Shown: positions 8,363 to 17,682 of the stretch, in pieces | Layout: the number at the start of each line of letters is the position of its first letter | Numbering within the stretch: the first letter of the stretch is position 1 | Assembly (NCBI GenBank): GCA_029262795.1 | Contig: JAJCYT010000018.1 | Coordinates: 195,762-259,761 of the forward strand | DNA: 64,000 bases | Direction: 5' to 3' | From: Candidatus Fraserbacteria bacterium | GTDB taxonomy: Bacteria; Bipolaricaulota; Bipolaricaulia; RBG-16-55-9; JAJCYT01 | Translations under genes and position numbers: made by a program | Notes under the pieces: generated by a model | What the model saw: the letters and a program-made list of their open reading frames with translations, nothing else | What the model was told of the DNA's origin: nothing | Databases searched by the model: none

Positions 8363-9941
8363 GCAATCCTCCTAACGACGTTGGCAATGCCTGATGTGCC
8401 AAGGGCAAGGCGAACCAGAAGTGGCTTCCCTCACCAAGTGCGCTGTCAAAGGCCAGCGTTCCGCCCATCAGGTCAACGTAGCGATTGACCACAGTTAGCC
8501 CCAATCCCATGCCTTGACGATTACGACCCGTTCGTTCTGCGCGGGTGAACGGCTCAAACAGCCTGTTTTGATCCTGCAGCGCAACCCCGATGCCAGTGTC
8601 GGACACCGAGAAATAGATGGAATGATTCCGGCGTTCAGCAAAAACCCGTACTTGACCACAGTCGGTGTATTTGATTGCGTTGTCAATTAGATTCAATAAC
8701 ACCTGTCTCAACTTGGTCTTATCGGTTTTCACTGGCAGGCTGGGTGCGACGTCGACCACCAGCTTGAGCCCTTTATTTAATAGCAATGGCCGTTGGCTTT
8801 CGAGCACTTCGTCCACGACCTCGGCCGCATTGAAATACACGCAGTGCAGGGGTTCGCTGCTGCCTTCCAGCCTGGAAAACTCGATTAAATTCTCGATCAG
8901 CGCCAGCAAGTGTTTGCCCGCCCGCAGGATGGCATCTGTGTATTGATGACCCGCTTTACTGAGTGTGACATTGACCTCATCCCGCAGCAGACTGGCGAAC
9001 CCCAGCACGGAGTGTAGCGGGGTTCGCAATTCATGACTGATTGTGGTTAAGAAATCGGATTTGGCGTGGTTGGCTTTCTTTAACTCTACATTCGTACGCC
9101 TCAATATATCTCGCTGATAGACGATCGAGTGGGCCATTGTGTTGAACTCATTGGCCAGCATCTCAATTTCGTCTCCGCTGTGAATATTGGTGCGAACAGA
9201 CACCCTGCCGGATCCAAATGCTCGCATCGTGTCGCTTAAGTGCTCGATTGGTCCCAAGATCATGCGGAACAAAATCCAACTGCACAGGATGCCCAGCGCC
9301 ATCAACCCCAAGCTCAATCCGATGAGCAACAGCGATTCCTGTTGCAACTCCTGTTTCAGTGGTTGCAACGAAAATCCCACACGAACGTAACTGTCGCCGC
9401 CATTGATCAGGCGCTCGTACGCTTGCGGCGTGATGAAGCGGCCGTATTTCGATAGGGAGTTGCTGGCTTGCTCAAAAGGATAAATGATGTCGAGGTGGTT
9501 GGCATCTGCTTGACTGGGCTTAAACTCGGTGATCAGGATCTGTGTGGACGGTGGTTGCGTGGCCAGGTTGATGTCAAAACGCTGCTTTTGGGAAACCATG
9601 TTGCCATACAACACTATCTGTACATAACCCAGTTCCTCTGTCCACAAGTGTTCGGCCAACGTGTCCAGGTCGTGACCAACCTCAAAGATCAGTCCCTCCA
9701 CTGCTTCCTCAGCGGCGTGCCTAGCATACTTCAGCGCTTGCTGCTCGTATTGAGCCTTGAGTTGGTTATTTAAGCGCTGTGTGGTTAAGACCCCAAAAGC
9801 AACGGCCACAATCACACTGAACCCCAAGAACGCGAGCATAAATTTGTAGCGTAAGCTCAAGCGCATGGGGTCCCCTTCTCCAATCAACGGATCGCGGCCT
9901 GAAATCTGACCGCGACCACTGGTCGTTGCGGCCTTAACCAT
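8343..9941 (-). CDS. sensor histidine kinase
   Basis: HisKA H-box SHELRTPLHSVLGF, HATPase N/G boxes (LIDNAIKYT, GMGLGLTVV), two TM segments; likely start at internal MRLSLRYKF. Confidence 0.85.
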   Translation of the reverse strand: MVKAATTSGRGQISGRDPLIGEGDPMRLSLRYKFMLAFLGFSVIVAVAFGVLTTQRLNNQLKAQYEQQALKYARHAAEEAVEGLIFEVGHDLDTLAEHLWTEELGYVQIVLYGNMVSQKQRFDINLATQPPSTQILITEFKPSQADANHLDIIYPFEQASNSLSKYGRFITPQAYERLINGGDSYVRVGFSLQPLKQELQQESLLLIGLSLGLMALGILCSWILFRMILGPIEHLSDTMRAFGSGRVSVRTNIHSGDEIEMLANEFNTMAHSIVYQRDILRRTNVELKKANHAKSDFLTTISHELRTPLHSVLGFASLLRDEVNVTLSKAGHQYTDAILRAGKHLLALIENLIEFSRLEGSSEPLHCVYFNAAEVVDEVLESQRPLLLNKGLKLVVDVAPSLPVKTDKTKLRQVLLNLIDNAIKYTDCGQVRVFAERRNHSIYFSVSDTGIGVALQDQNRLFEPFTRAERTGRNRQGMGLGLTVVNRYVDLMGGTLAFDSALGEGSHFWFALPLAHQALPTSLGGLHETARH

Positions 9942-10902
9942 CTTGATTGATCAATTGCTCCAACGTTTCAAAAAACGCCGTGGTCAGGGGGACGTTCTGC
10001 CGATACTGGATCACACCTTCTGGGTCAATAATGAGTGCACCCGTTGAGGTGAACCCGTAGTAGACGGCTGTTTTTAAGCCATCCATCAATAAGGTGAAAT
10101 CGACTTCCCGTTCCTGCTTGAATGCCTTGAGTGTTTCGGGATCAGGTGCCAAATCCATGGTCACCCCCAGCACGGCCACATCGTCTCCATAGGCCTCCAA
10201 TGCCTGCTGCAAAGGAGAGAGTACATCGCCACAGTTGGCGTCATGAGAACCAAAGAAGCCCAATACAATTGTTTTTCCTGCGTAGTCCGACAAGCTCACC
10301 GGCTCGAGGTCCAGGTTTTCCAGCGTGAAAGCCAGAGCCCTTTTTCCCACCTGATTGCCCACCTCCAACTCGCCGACCAATGTTTCGACCATGTCAGCAG
10401 ACTCGTCATCGAAGACTTTGTTCGTCTCCTTGAGGCGGATGATGCCGTCTTTGTCGATGAGGAACAGGATGGGGGTTGCAAACACGCGATAGTCAAAGGC
10501 AGTCTCAAGTGCGTTGACCAGAATCGGAAAACCAAGTGCCTTTTCTTCACGATAGGCTTTGAGCTGTTCCAGGTCAGGCTGCGGATCCTGGTTCAGTGAG
10601 AGCACTTGAATTTGTTCACGGCTATAAACGTCGTGCACGCGAGATTGGAGCGCCGGCATTTCGACCTCTCGACACTCAATACAACCCCATCCCCAGAACG
10701 TCAGGGCGACCACCTTGCCCCTGAAATCAGACAGCGACACCTCATTTCCATCCAGGTCGAACAAGCTGAAATCGGGCGCCATCTCGCCCACAACACCTTG
10801 GCCAAAAGCGGTGGATGGGCCCAGCATCAAGCTCAACACCCCCACCACAAGCGCCAACCTCCAGGCGGATCGAACAGCAGACCACATGTTACATCCCCTC
10901 AC
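9934..10902 (-). CDS. two-domain secreted TlpA-like thiol:disulfide oxidoreductase
   Basis: Signal peptide; domain 1 FWGWGCIECR CxxC motif; domain 2 thioredoxin-like with single Cys (FFGSHDANCGDV). Confidence 0.7.
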   Translation of the reverse strand: MRGCNMWSAVRSAWRLALVVGVLSLMLGPSTAFGQGVVGEMAPDFSLFDLDGNEVSLSDFRGKVVALTFWGWGCIECREVEMPALQSRVHDVYSREQIQVLSLNQDPQPDLEQLKAYREEKALGFPILVNALETAFDYRVFATPILFLIDKDGIIRLKETNKVFDDESADMVETLVGELEVGNQVGKRALAFTLENLDLEPVSLSDYAGKTIVLGFFGSHDANCGDVLSPLQQALEAYGDDVAVLGVTMDLAPDPETLKAFKQEREVDFTLLMDGLKTAVYYGFTSTGALIIDPEGVIQYRQNVPLTTAFFETLEQLINQDG

Positions 10903-11461
10903 TTTCAGGTAACTCGGCTACGAGTTCGTCGATGAAGGTCTTGACCTCTTCATCAAACAACCTGTTTCCTTCTTTAAAGCGGATCACGCCTTCGTGATCG
11001 ACGATGATCAAAATCGGGGTGGCAAACACCAGGTAGTCCACCGCAGTCTTCAACCCGTCAACAAGCATGGGGTACGTGATCTGTTTGTCCGCTATGTATT
11101 CGCGGATGTTGCCCAGATTTGGGTCGACGTCCTGATTTACCGCCAACACAAGCACTTGTTCGCGTGAAAAAACGTCCCACACTTCGTGTTGTAAGGCTGG
11201 CATCTCTTCTTCCTTACATGAGATGCACGTCCATCCCCAGAACGTCATGACCACAACTTTGCCGGCGTGGTCGGAGAGGGTGAAATCAACCGTCTCCGTG
11301 TCGACATCCTCTAGGGGGTTGAGGTTCATCAAGGTAAAATCGGGCGCGAGGTCGCCCACATTGGGACCGACCACAGGTTCATCCTGTGCGTTCAAAGCCA
11401 CGCCAAAACACATGCCCAAACTCAACACAATTACCCAAACTGCTAATTTTTTTTTGTACAT
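10889..11461 (-). CDS. secreted TlpA-like thiol:disulfide oxidoreductase
   Basis: Signal peptide LAVWVIVLSLGMCFGVALNA; FWGWTCISCK CxxC motif; paralogue of the adjacent gene. Confidence 0.7.
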   Translation of the reverse strand: MYKKKLAVWVIVLSLGMCFGVALNAQDEPVVGPNVGDLAPDFTLMNLNPLEDVDTETVDFTLSDHAGKVVVMTFWGWTCISCKEEEMPALQHEVWDVFSREQVLVLAVNQDVDPNLGNIREYIADKQITYPMLVDGLKTAVDYLVFATPILIIVDHEGVIRFKEGNRLFDEEVKTFIDELVAELPESEGM

Positions 11462-11692
11462 TTATTTTTCCCTTCATGAATCAGTGTGACTTAGGCGAAA
11501 GTTGTTTCTGCCTAATCAAACGGTAGTCCGAACCTGGGATGTGAACCATGACCCAACTCAACAGGTTTTATGAGCGAGATCAGAAAACCAGTCTCAAAGA
11601 TGATCCAGATCAGGTCTTGCATTGACTTGGCTCATACATTCGCATCAACCCTGTAGATAGAGTTGGACCATCATCGAATTTGGAGGCGCGAC

Positions 11693-11932
11693 ATGACTGA
11701 GAAAAAAGTGGAAATTTACAGCGGCCCCAACTGCGGCCCTTGCCAATCGGCAAAAAAATATTTTCAGGAACATGACGTTGTGTTCACCGAATACAACGTT
11801 GCTCTAGAGCCAGAGCGTGCGGTTGAGTTGGTGCAATTATCCGGCTCTCAAAGCATCCCCGTAATCGTGATTGACGGCAAGGTAATCAGGGGGTTTAAGA
11901 AAGACGAAATCGCTGCAGAGCTCGGCATTTAG
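11693..11932 (+). CDS. glutaredoxin-like (NrdH/Grx fold) small redox protein
   Basis: GGAGG RBS; VEIYSGPNCGPCQSAKKYF...SIPVIVIDGKVIRGF. Confidence 0.7.
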   Translation: MTEKKVEIYSGPNCGPCQSAKKYFQEHDVVFTEYNVALEPERAVELVQLSGSQSIPVIVIDGKVIRGFKKDEIAAELGI

Positions 11933-12111
11933 ACAGCCCAGCAAACGTCTAACTGCGCAAGAAATGCACAATAGACGAGGTTTGCATACCCCGCCTCGCT
12001 GCGATAGGTGTGTATCAAATTGCTTTGGTCATTGTCGGTTTCTTCAAAGCCACCCTGGTCGCTGTAAAACAATCCTAGATTTTGCCCCCATTCACCAGCA
12101 AATGAGCTTCG

Positions 12112-13107
12112 CTACTTCCAGAGCTCGGCCAGTGCCGCGTTGAAGTAAGGGAAAGCCACGTTTATTGGCGTGAGATCGGAACCGTAAAACATCAGATCTG
12201 TGGGTGCTCCCAGCAGTTCCACACCCTGACTTAGGTGGTCACTCAATGCACTCGATGCTTGTAGCAAGAGCGCATAATGGTCCCAGGCGACGATACCGTG
12301 AAGCAGGCCTTGCTCAAACAGCGCCTCCCAGTTTTCAGGAACGCCCAATGCCCCCAGCCGGATGTCACTGCCAAGCTCCTCATGAAGGTAGCTGACGATA
12401 TCGGACGCGCCCGTCACCAAGGAGTGGTCGGTCACAATAATGGCGGCTAAGTCTGGGTGATCCTTGTAGGCTTGAGACGTTTCGGTGCTGCCACTTTCCT
12501 GAACCACCGGATAGGCACCGCGGAAGTGGGGGCTGGTTTTGAGCCCTTCAAGCAGATCGGCCTGCAAAGGGTCGATAAAGTAGCCAACCACGGCAAATGG
12601 CCGCGGCCCAACATCCTCCATGGCCTGTGCCCAGGCTACGCCCAATTGGAAGGCATCTACCCCAAACAGAGGCAGGTCCAGACCTTCGATCCGGCGCACG
12701 GTTAAGGCCAAAGGCGTCTCATTCACCTCCACCAGTTCGCGCACGATGGGGGTTAAGGGGTCGGCCTCTTCCACCGGCGCTGCTGGCGTGAGCAAGATGG
12801 CTTCGAAGGCCAGGTCTCTCAATTCTTCCAGAGCTTCCACTTGTTGTGCAGACACCGACAGCCGCGCCAGCATTTCGCTAAGCGCGTCCCGCGTGCAAAA
12901 GGCTGCGGCCGGAGTTTCGTACAACCCCACCTCCATGTTCAGAGTTGTACTCAAAGTGCTTTGGACCGCTTCAAAATCTTGGGCCATCGCGTCTACGGAG
13001 TAGGTGACGATCCCCATGGCAATCACACTTTGGCCACCTGCCAGAGGTGCCAAACAGAGCAGCAGTAACAGGGCAACGACACAGCGTCTCATCGTTTCCT
13101 CCTTCAT
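12112..13107 (-). CDS. secreted periplasmic-binding-protein type 1 (LacI/sugar-binding fold)-like protein
   Basis: Signal peptide; paralogue of 13172..14149 and 16583..17668; PBP1-like pattern (IAMGIVTYSVD..., LLHGIVAWDHYALLLQAS). Confidence 0.5.
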   Translation of the reverse strand: MKEETMRRCVVALLLLLCLAPLAGGQSVIAMGIVTYSVDAMAQDFEAVQSTLSTTLNMEVGLYETPAAAFCTRDALSEMLARLSVSAQQVEALEELRDLAFEAILLTPAAPVEEADPLTPIVRELVEVNETPLALTVRRIEGLDLPLFGVDAFQLGVAWAQAMEDVGPRPFAVVGYFIDPLQADLLEGLKTSPHFRGAYPVVQESGSTETSQAYKDHPDLAAIIVTDHSLVTGASDIVSYLHEELGSDIRLGALGVPENWEALFEQGLLHGIVAWDHYALLLQASSALSDHLSQGVELLGAPTDLMFYGSDLTPINVAFPYFNAALAELWK

Positions 13108-13171
13108 AAGTGAAGGCAGCCCTGAGGAAAATCCCCAGGGCTGCCTTTGTTAGACCTTTGTCCCTTTTTCG

Positions 13172-14149
13172 TTACCAGAAACGTCCCACCCGGTTAGGTG
13201 TGTCCTGCGAATACGGATAGGAAGTGTGGTTAAACGAAGTTGACCTGCTGTAATACAGGACGTCCGGATAAAAATTGTCTGGCGTAACGCCATCCCGGAT
13301 CATCACTTTGGCCATCACCGACGCCTGCATCAGCGTGAGGTAATTGTCCCAAGTGAACACCCCGTGCAACAGTTTTTGATCAAACAGATCTTTCCAAGTG
13401 TCAGGTGCAAACACCGATCCCAGCTTAATCAGCCGGTCTGTACCTGCCGTGACAGCCTGAATGGCAGCTGCAGCGCCAGCAGCGTATCTCGAATGGGAAA
13501 CCATCACATACTCAATCGGTTCGGTTTCGTCGGCGATGGCTTGTGCGGTTTCTGCGCGGCCATCGCTCAAGGCTTCATAGAAACCTCCGAAGGAGTCTAA
13601 TTCCATGAGCGGTGAGATGAAGGCGTTTTGGGTTGTATCGGACAAATTACCGACCACCACAAAGCGTCCACCATCCTGTTGTTCGGCCATGACTTTACCC
13701 AGTTCAGCCATATCAACGCCGGCAAAGGGCAGGTTCAGTTCGGGGATGTTGCGACCGTGCAACACTACGGGAACCTGTTTTGCTGCATTGCTAATGGCAT
13801 TGCTCACCAAGCTGAAATCATCCACTGGAGTGATGACCAGTCCTTGCACACCTGCGGCAAGCAGGGAGTCAATCGCAGCGACCTGATCTGCGGCCGTGCT
13901 GGCTTCGCGGATGTCTACCAGATAATGCTGAGGTTCGACATCGGGCAGGTCACGCGAGCTGGCGTTGCCTTCTGGCACTGGCAATACTTGCAAATCACCA
14001 TTGATTGGGTTGGTGTAGAATTGAATCCCCCACACTTGACCGTCGATCTTGTAGGTCACCACACCAATGATAATGTCGGGCTGGCTTTGGGCGATCACCA
14101 AAGGGGCAACCAGAGCCGCCAGCAACATAAAGATGAAAAAGCGTTTCAT
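13172..14149 (-). CDS. secreted periplasmic-binding-protein type 1-like protein, 13 nt downstream of deiodinase-like selenoprotein gene
   Basis: IIIGVVTYKID...; AAIDSLLAAGVQGLVITPVDDFSLVSNAISNAAKQVPVV; RFVVVGNLSD; LLHGVFTWDNYLTLMQASV = PBP1 hallmarks. Confidence 0.55.
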   Translation of the reverse strand: MKRFFIFMLLAALVAPLVIAQSQPDIIIGVVTYKIDGQVWGIQFYTNPINGDLQVLPVPEGNASSRDLPDVEPQHYLVDIREASTAADQVAAIDSLLAAGVQGLVITPVDDFSLVSNAISNAAKQVPVVLHGRNIPELNLPFAGVDMAELGKVMAEQQDGGRFVVVGNLSDTTQNAFISPLMELDSFGGFYEALSDGRAETAQAIADETEPIEYVMVSHSRYAAGAAAAIQAVTAGTDRLIKLGSVFAPDTWKDLFDQKLLHGVFTWDNYLTLMQASVMAKVMIRDGVTPDNFYPDVLYYSRSTSFNHTSYPYSQDTPNRVGRFW

Positions 14150-14161
14150 GAGCTACCTCCC

Positions 14162-14953
14162 TTAAAAGCCTGGTTCCACACCGAAGATGTTGCTCAACAC
14201 TTCGTCGTGCTGTTCGGGGCGTTCCCAGTTCTTGAAGTGGATGATCCGGCCCTTGAGGTCGATGACCATGCCAAATTGTGGCCCCATGCCCATTGAACTT
14301 GACACAACGGTGGTCGTGGAGCTTGTCCGCTCGAGCAAGTTGATTTTGTCTTCCTCAATAAGGAGGATGTGGTTTTCAGGACGAACGCCGTTTTCTACGT
14401 AGGAGAAGGTTTTCTCCATCAACAACGCACGTTCACGTCGGGCAGCATAAGTTTCTACGTCTAAAACTTCTGACTGCGTGAATTCAGGATGGCGTTCGCG
14501 GCCGTATAGATTAACGATCACGAATGGGAATTCGATGAATTTTTCTGCAATCTTATTGTTCGGAACCCAGTTCCGTAAATAAGGTGGTCAGTACCAGCTG
14601 CCGTTGATCAGCAGTACAAATTTTTCACCGCGGAACTGGGACAGCGTAACGGGCACACCATCTCTGGTCAGCTGTGTGAAATCAGGCACGATCATGCCTG
14701 GCTGAACAACGTCAGGGCTACGGAAACCGTATCTTGGATCGAGTTCACCGGCTGCAACCAAACCTGGTGCGGTGTCGGTGAAGAAATTTGGATCGGCCAG
14801 ACCTGCCTCTGTGTAGTACTCTTCGGCGAGAGCCTGCCAGGCGTCCAACTCTCCTTCTTCATAATTTTGTGACAACACTGTGCTTTGGCCTAAAATCATA
14901 AAGGCCAGTGCAACGAGGGCTGCCAAGGTGAGAACTTTACGCATGTTGATCAT
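14162..14953 (-). CDS. periplasmic iodothyronine-deiodinase-like selenoprotein (Prx-like fold); in-frame TGA at 14588..14590 read as Sec
   Basis: ORF track splits at TGA (14588..14953 and 14162..14521, same frame). Read-through gives ...FVLLINGSWY-U-PPYLRNWVPNNKIAEKFIEFPFVIVNLYGRERHPEF.... Matches eukaryotic DIO active site FGSCT-U-PPF and downstream FLIIYIEEAHPSDGW pattern. Signal peptide present. Paralogue at 17683..18411 has TGA at same position. Confidence 0.65.
14561..14575 (-). other. candidate bacterial SECIS hairpin ~12 nt 3' of UGA
   Basis: mRNA CGGAAC-ugg-GUUCCG immediately downstream of UGA-CCA-CCU-UAU-UUA. Confidence 0.4.
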
Positions 14954-15418
14954 TCCTCCTTAATGGTATGATCGCTTCAAATTGAGAGCGTGTTGCCCTT
15001 GTTTGATCGATACAACCCCCTCCTTCAGGGAAATGTAAAAAACTCAACCCTTGGGATAGATTCTGTTTTGTGATGAATTGCGTAGAGATTGTGTGCCGCA
15101 TTGAAAGGGGGCATAACTGAGTAAAGTCCTTTGCAAACCAAGCAGGCTTGGCGCTGTGGCTGGGTGTTGACGAAGCGGATGCGCACCACACCGCGTTGAG
15201 CGTTCAGGTGTGTGGATGGGATTCCAGCAACTCAGCAAGATATTTACTCATTGGGTTTCTCCCCCCTTTACCCAGAGTTTAGGCTTTGGGTAAGTCGTTT
15301 CCTATGACGCGCCACATGGTCAAACCTGACCTGCGTGCAACTCTTTATATGGTCTGCGTTATGTTTTTTGTGCCTGCAACTTCATCAAAATAGCTGCCAT
15401 CACAATCGCTAGGCAAGG

Positions 15419-16168
15419 TCACCCCTCCGCTGGGCCTGGGTATTTTTCACGGGCCATGGCTGCATCGTGGTCGGTCAGCACTGGGCTGTGGCAAAGATCG
15501 GTGTACATGACGCTTCGAAACTCGCAACCGGGATCACTTCGATTAATGTGCGAGCCGTTGTCAGGCGGTGGCATAAATCCCAGCGCCCGGCCAACCAGAT
15601 ACAGCAGCGTGCGCTGTAAATCCTCTGTGTATAACTCGGTGTCGTTGTCGTAATAATATTCGAAGTGGTTGCCCTCAATCACGATATCGGCTTCAATCAG
15701 TGTCGCCGGCGAGCCGTTGGCCTGCACACATCCTTCATCTATCTGTGCAGCATTGGCGCAACGGATGAATGCCTTGCCCTGGATAAAGCCTCCCACATCC
15801 TCCGTCACGCTGACCGCAATCACGTTGGTCAAGTCTTTTCCATTGTGGCATCCTGCCGCCTCACACGTTGTGGTGGTAGGCATTTCCCCTTCGTAGATCA
15901 GCCGGATGCGCGTCATTGAAATATTGTTCCAGGTGGAAAATGCATCATGAATGAAATCTTCGAGGTCGTCTGTGGCGTACCTAAGGCTGGCGTAGAAGCG
16001 GACGGGAAAATCCGGCCAACTGACATTGACCTCCCCAGCCTCAGACTGAGCCAGCAGGCTGTCGACCGGCAGGAACAGCAACGATGCAAGGCAAACAATG
16101 AGGGTTAGCTTACGCATATATTTTTGCCTCCTTGTGGGTGGTTTTGGCATCGTCACTACATCACTCAA
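15419..16168 (-). CDS. secreted matrixin (peptidase M10)-like protein with degenerate zinc motif
   Basis: Signal peptide MRKLTLIVCLASLLFLPV (likely real start ~16117); N-terminal AFSTWNNISMTRIRLIYEGE resembles matrixin; expected HExxHxxGxxH replaced by LVGRALGFMPP. Confidence 0.45.
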   Translation of the reverse strand: MSDVVTMPKPPTRRQKYMRKLTLIVCLASLLFLPVDSLLAQSEAGEVNVSWPDFPVRFYASLRYATDDLEDFIHDAFSTWNNISMTRIRLIYEGEMPTTTTCEAAGCHNGKDLTNVIAVSVTEDVGGFIQGKAFIRCANAAQIDEGCVQANGSPATLIEADIVIEGNHFEYYYDNDTELYTEDLQRTLLYLVGRALGFMPPPDNGSHINRSDPGCEFRSVMYTDLCHSPVLTDHDAAMAREKYPGPAEG

Positions 16169-16582
16169 GTCAGTGTAAAATTGTCCACTTCTTATTTAAT
16201 AATTGAAGTATCTTCTCAAGTTGGCAAAATCAAATGACCCATATCAGTCGCTCAATTGATGACCATCATATTTACACGATAAATGCCAATGGCATCTGCC
16301 AGAACCGGATTGTGCCAAGAGAAACGGTATAAGCACCCAACCACCCTCTGTTTATAAGCTCGGGATAAAACCATTCTTATTTTGCTATTTTATGATTCAC
16401 CCGGATTTGAGACACACAAGGTAAAGCGCCTGCAAAAAGCAAGCGCTTTACTTCCGAGGAGATACAAAAAGGCAGTGTCGCAAAAACGATTTCTAGAAAT
16501 GCTTAGATTCTTGTGACACTGCCAACAAACCGAACCAGCGGGTCGCCCCCTGGTTTTATGGCTATCTTTTTCCAGGCTTGGT

Positions 16583-17668
16583 TTAACCAAACCACCAATA
16601 CCAGATCATGCCGAACTGACGTTCGCTCTCATAAGGGAAACGCACGTAAGCGGGCAATCCGCCACCAATGGCACCTGTTCCCAGCCACATGATGGACACA
16701 TAATTGTCGTTCAACGGCGTGCCATCGAGCAAATGCACCTTGAGGGCAACAAGACCATCCAACAGCATTGGATAGTAGTCGGGTTGTACGTTGCCTTTGA
16801 TACGTTTTTGCTGGATCAGGCTGGTAAAGTTTTCCGGTGCGCCAAACACCCCCACCGAGATCTTGCGTTCGGAATCGATCACGGCTTCAACGATGTTTGC
16901 GGTCAACTGATGATCCATCACCGCAATGCCCACCAAGGCTTCGTTTGCTGCAATCAGAGCCGCAGTTTCTGAAGCATCCGTGGTGACCACGACTTCCAGC
17001 AAGTGATCGCCAACGGCTTCCTTAAAGCCTTCGATCATGCCCATTTGCAAAGGATCATCCAAGCTGGTGGCAAACAAGGCCACTTTGTCTTCGTCAGCTC
17101 GGTTTCCGAATGCTCCGGCACCATTGAGTGGTTCTTGAGGAGCAGATAACGCCATCCAGCCACGGCCCCAAGCGTTGCCAAATGCAAATGGTTCAACCCC
17201 AACAAATGCGGCATTGTTAATGCCAGGGATGTCCCGATAAGCAAACGCCATGGGAATGCCGGCGCGGATGGTGCGTTCCACTTCGTCGCGCAGAGCATTC
17301 ACATTGGGAACCGGCGTCAACAAGATACCATCGACACCCAGCTCTCGAAGTTCTTGCAACGCGGCAATTTGGGCTTCTGCCGTATCGGCGTTTCTAACGA
17401 CCAACTCGACCAGCGGTTTATTTTGCACGGCTGGGGTTTCCAGCACCCCGCCGCCAGTTTCGCCATAGGCACCCTGAATCGGCAACACGTTGATGTCTCC
17501 CAACAGCTTGCCGGGGTCAGCCAGCCTGGCTGTGGACATGGCTAGAAAATCCACCTGATAGGTGATCACTCCCAACACCATCGTCCCGTTTTCCTGGGCC
17601 ACATTACTAACCGTGCTGGCGCTCACCAAAACAGCTATTGCCAGCATGAGTATAAAGATACGTTTCAT
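16583..17668 (-). CDS. secreted periplasmic-binding-protein type 1-like protein, 12 nt downstream of second deiodinase-like selenoprotein gene
   Basis: MVLGVITYQVD; AAEAQIAALQELRELGVDGILLTPVPNVNALRDEVERTIRAGIPMAFAYRD; ISVGVFGAPE. Confidence 0.55.
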   Translation of the reverse strand: MKRIFILMLAIAVLVSASTVSNVAQENGTMVLGVITYQVDFLAMSTARLADPGKLLGDINVLPIQGAYGETGGGVLETPAVQNKPLVELVVRNADTAEAQIAALQELRELGVDGILLTPVPNVNALRDEVERTIRAGIPMAFAYRDIPGINNAAFVGVEPFAFGNAWGRGWMALSAPQEPLNGAGAFGNRADEDKVALFATSLDDPLQMGMIEGFKEAVGDHLLEVVVTTDASETAALIAANEALVGIAVMDHQLTANIVEAVIDSERKISVGVFGAPENFTSLIQQKRIKGNVQPDYYPMLLDGLVALKVHLLDGTPLNDNYVSIMWLGTGAIGGGLPAYVRFPYESERQFGMIWYWWFG

Positions 17669-17682
17669 GGATGATCACCTCC

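Noticed and set aside
16390-16590. 66-aa minus-strand ORF in the 16.17k to 16.58k intergenic region
   Set aside because: The region is full of inverted repeats (GTAAAGCGC-n13-GCGCTTTAC; GGCAGTGTC-n36-GACACTGCC) typical of terminator/structured non-coding DNA downstream of the PBP/selenoprotein operon. The ORF is Arg/Cys-rich with no start context.
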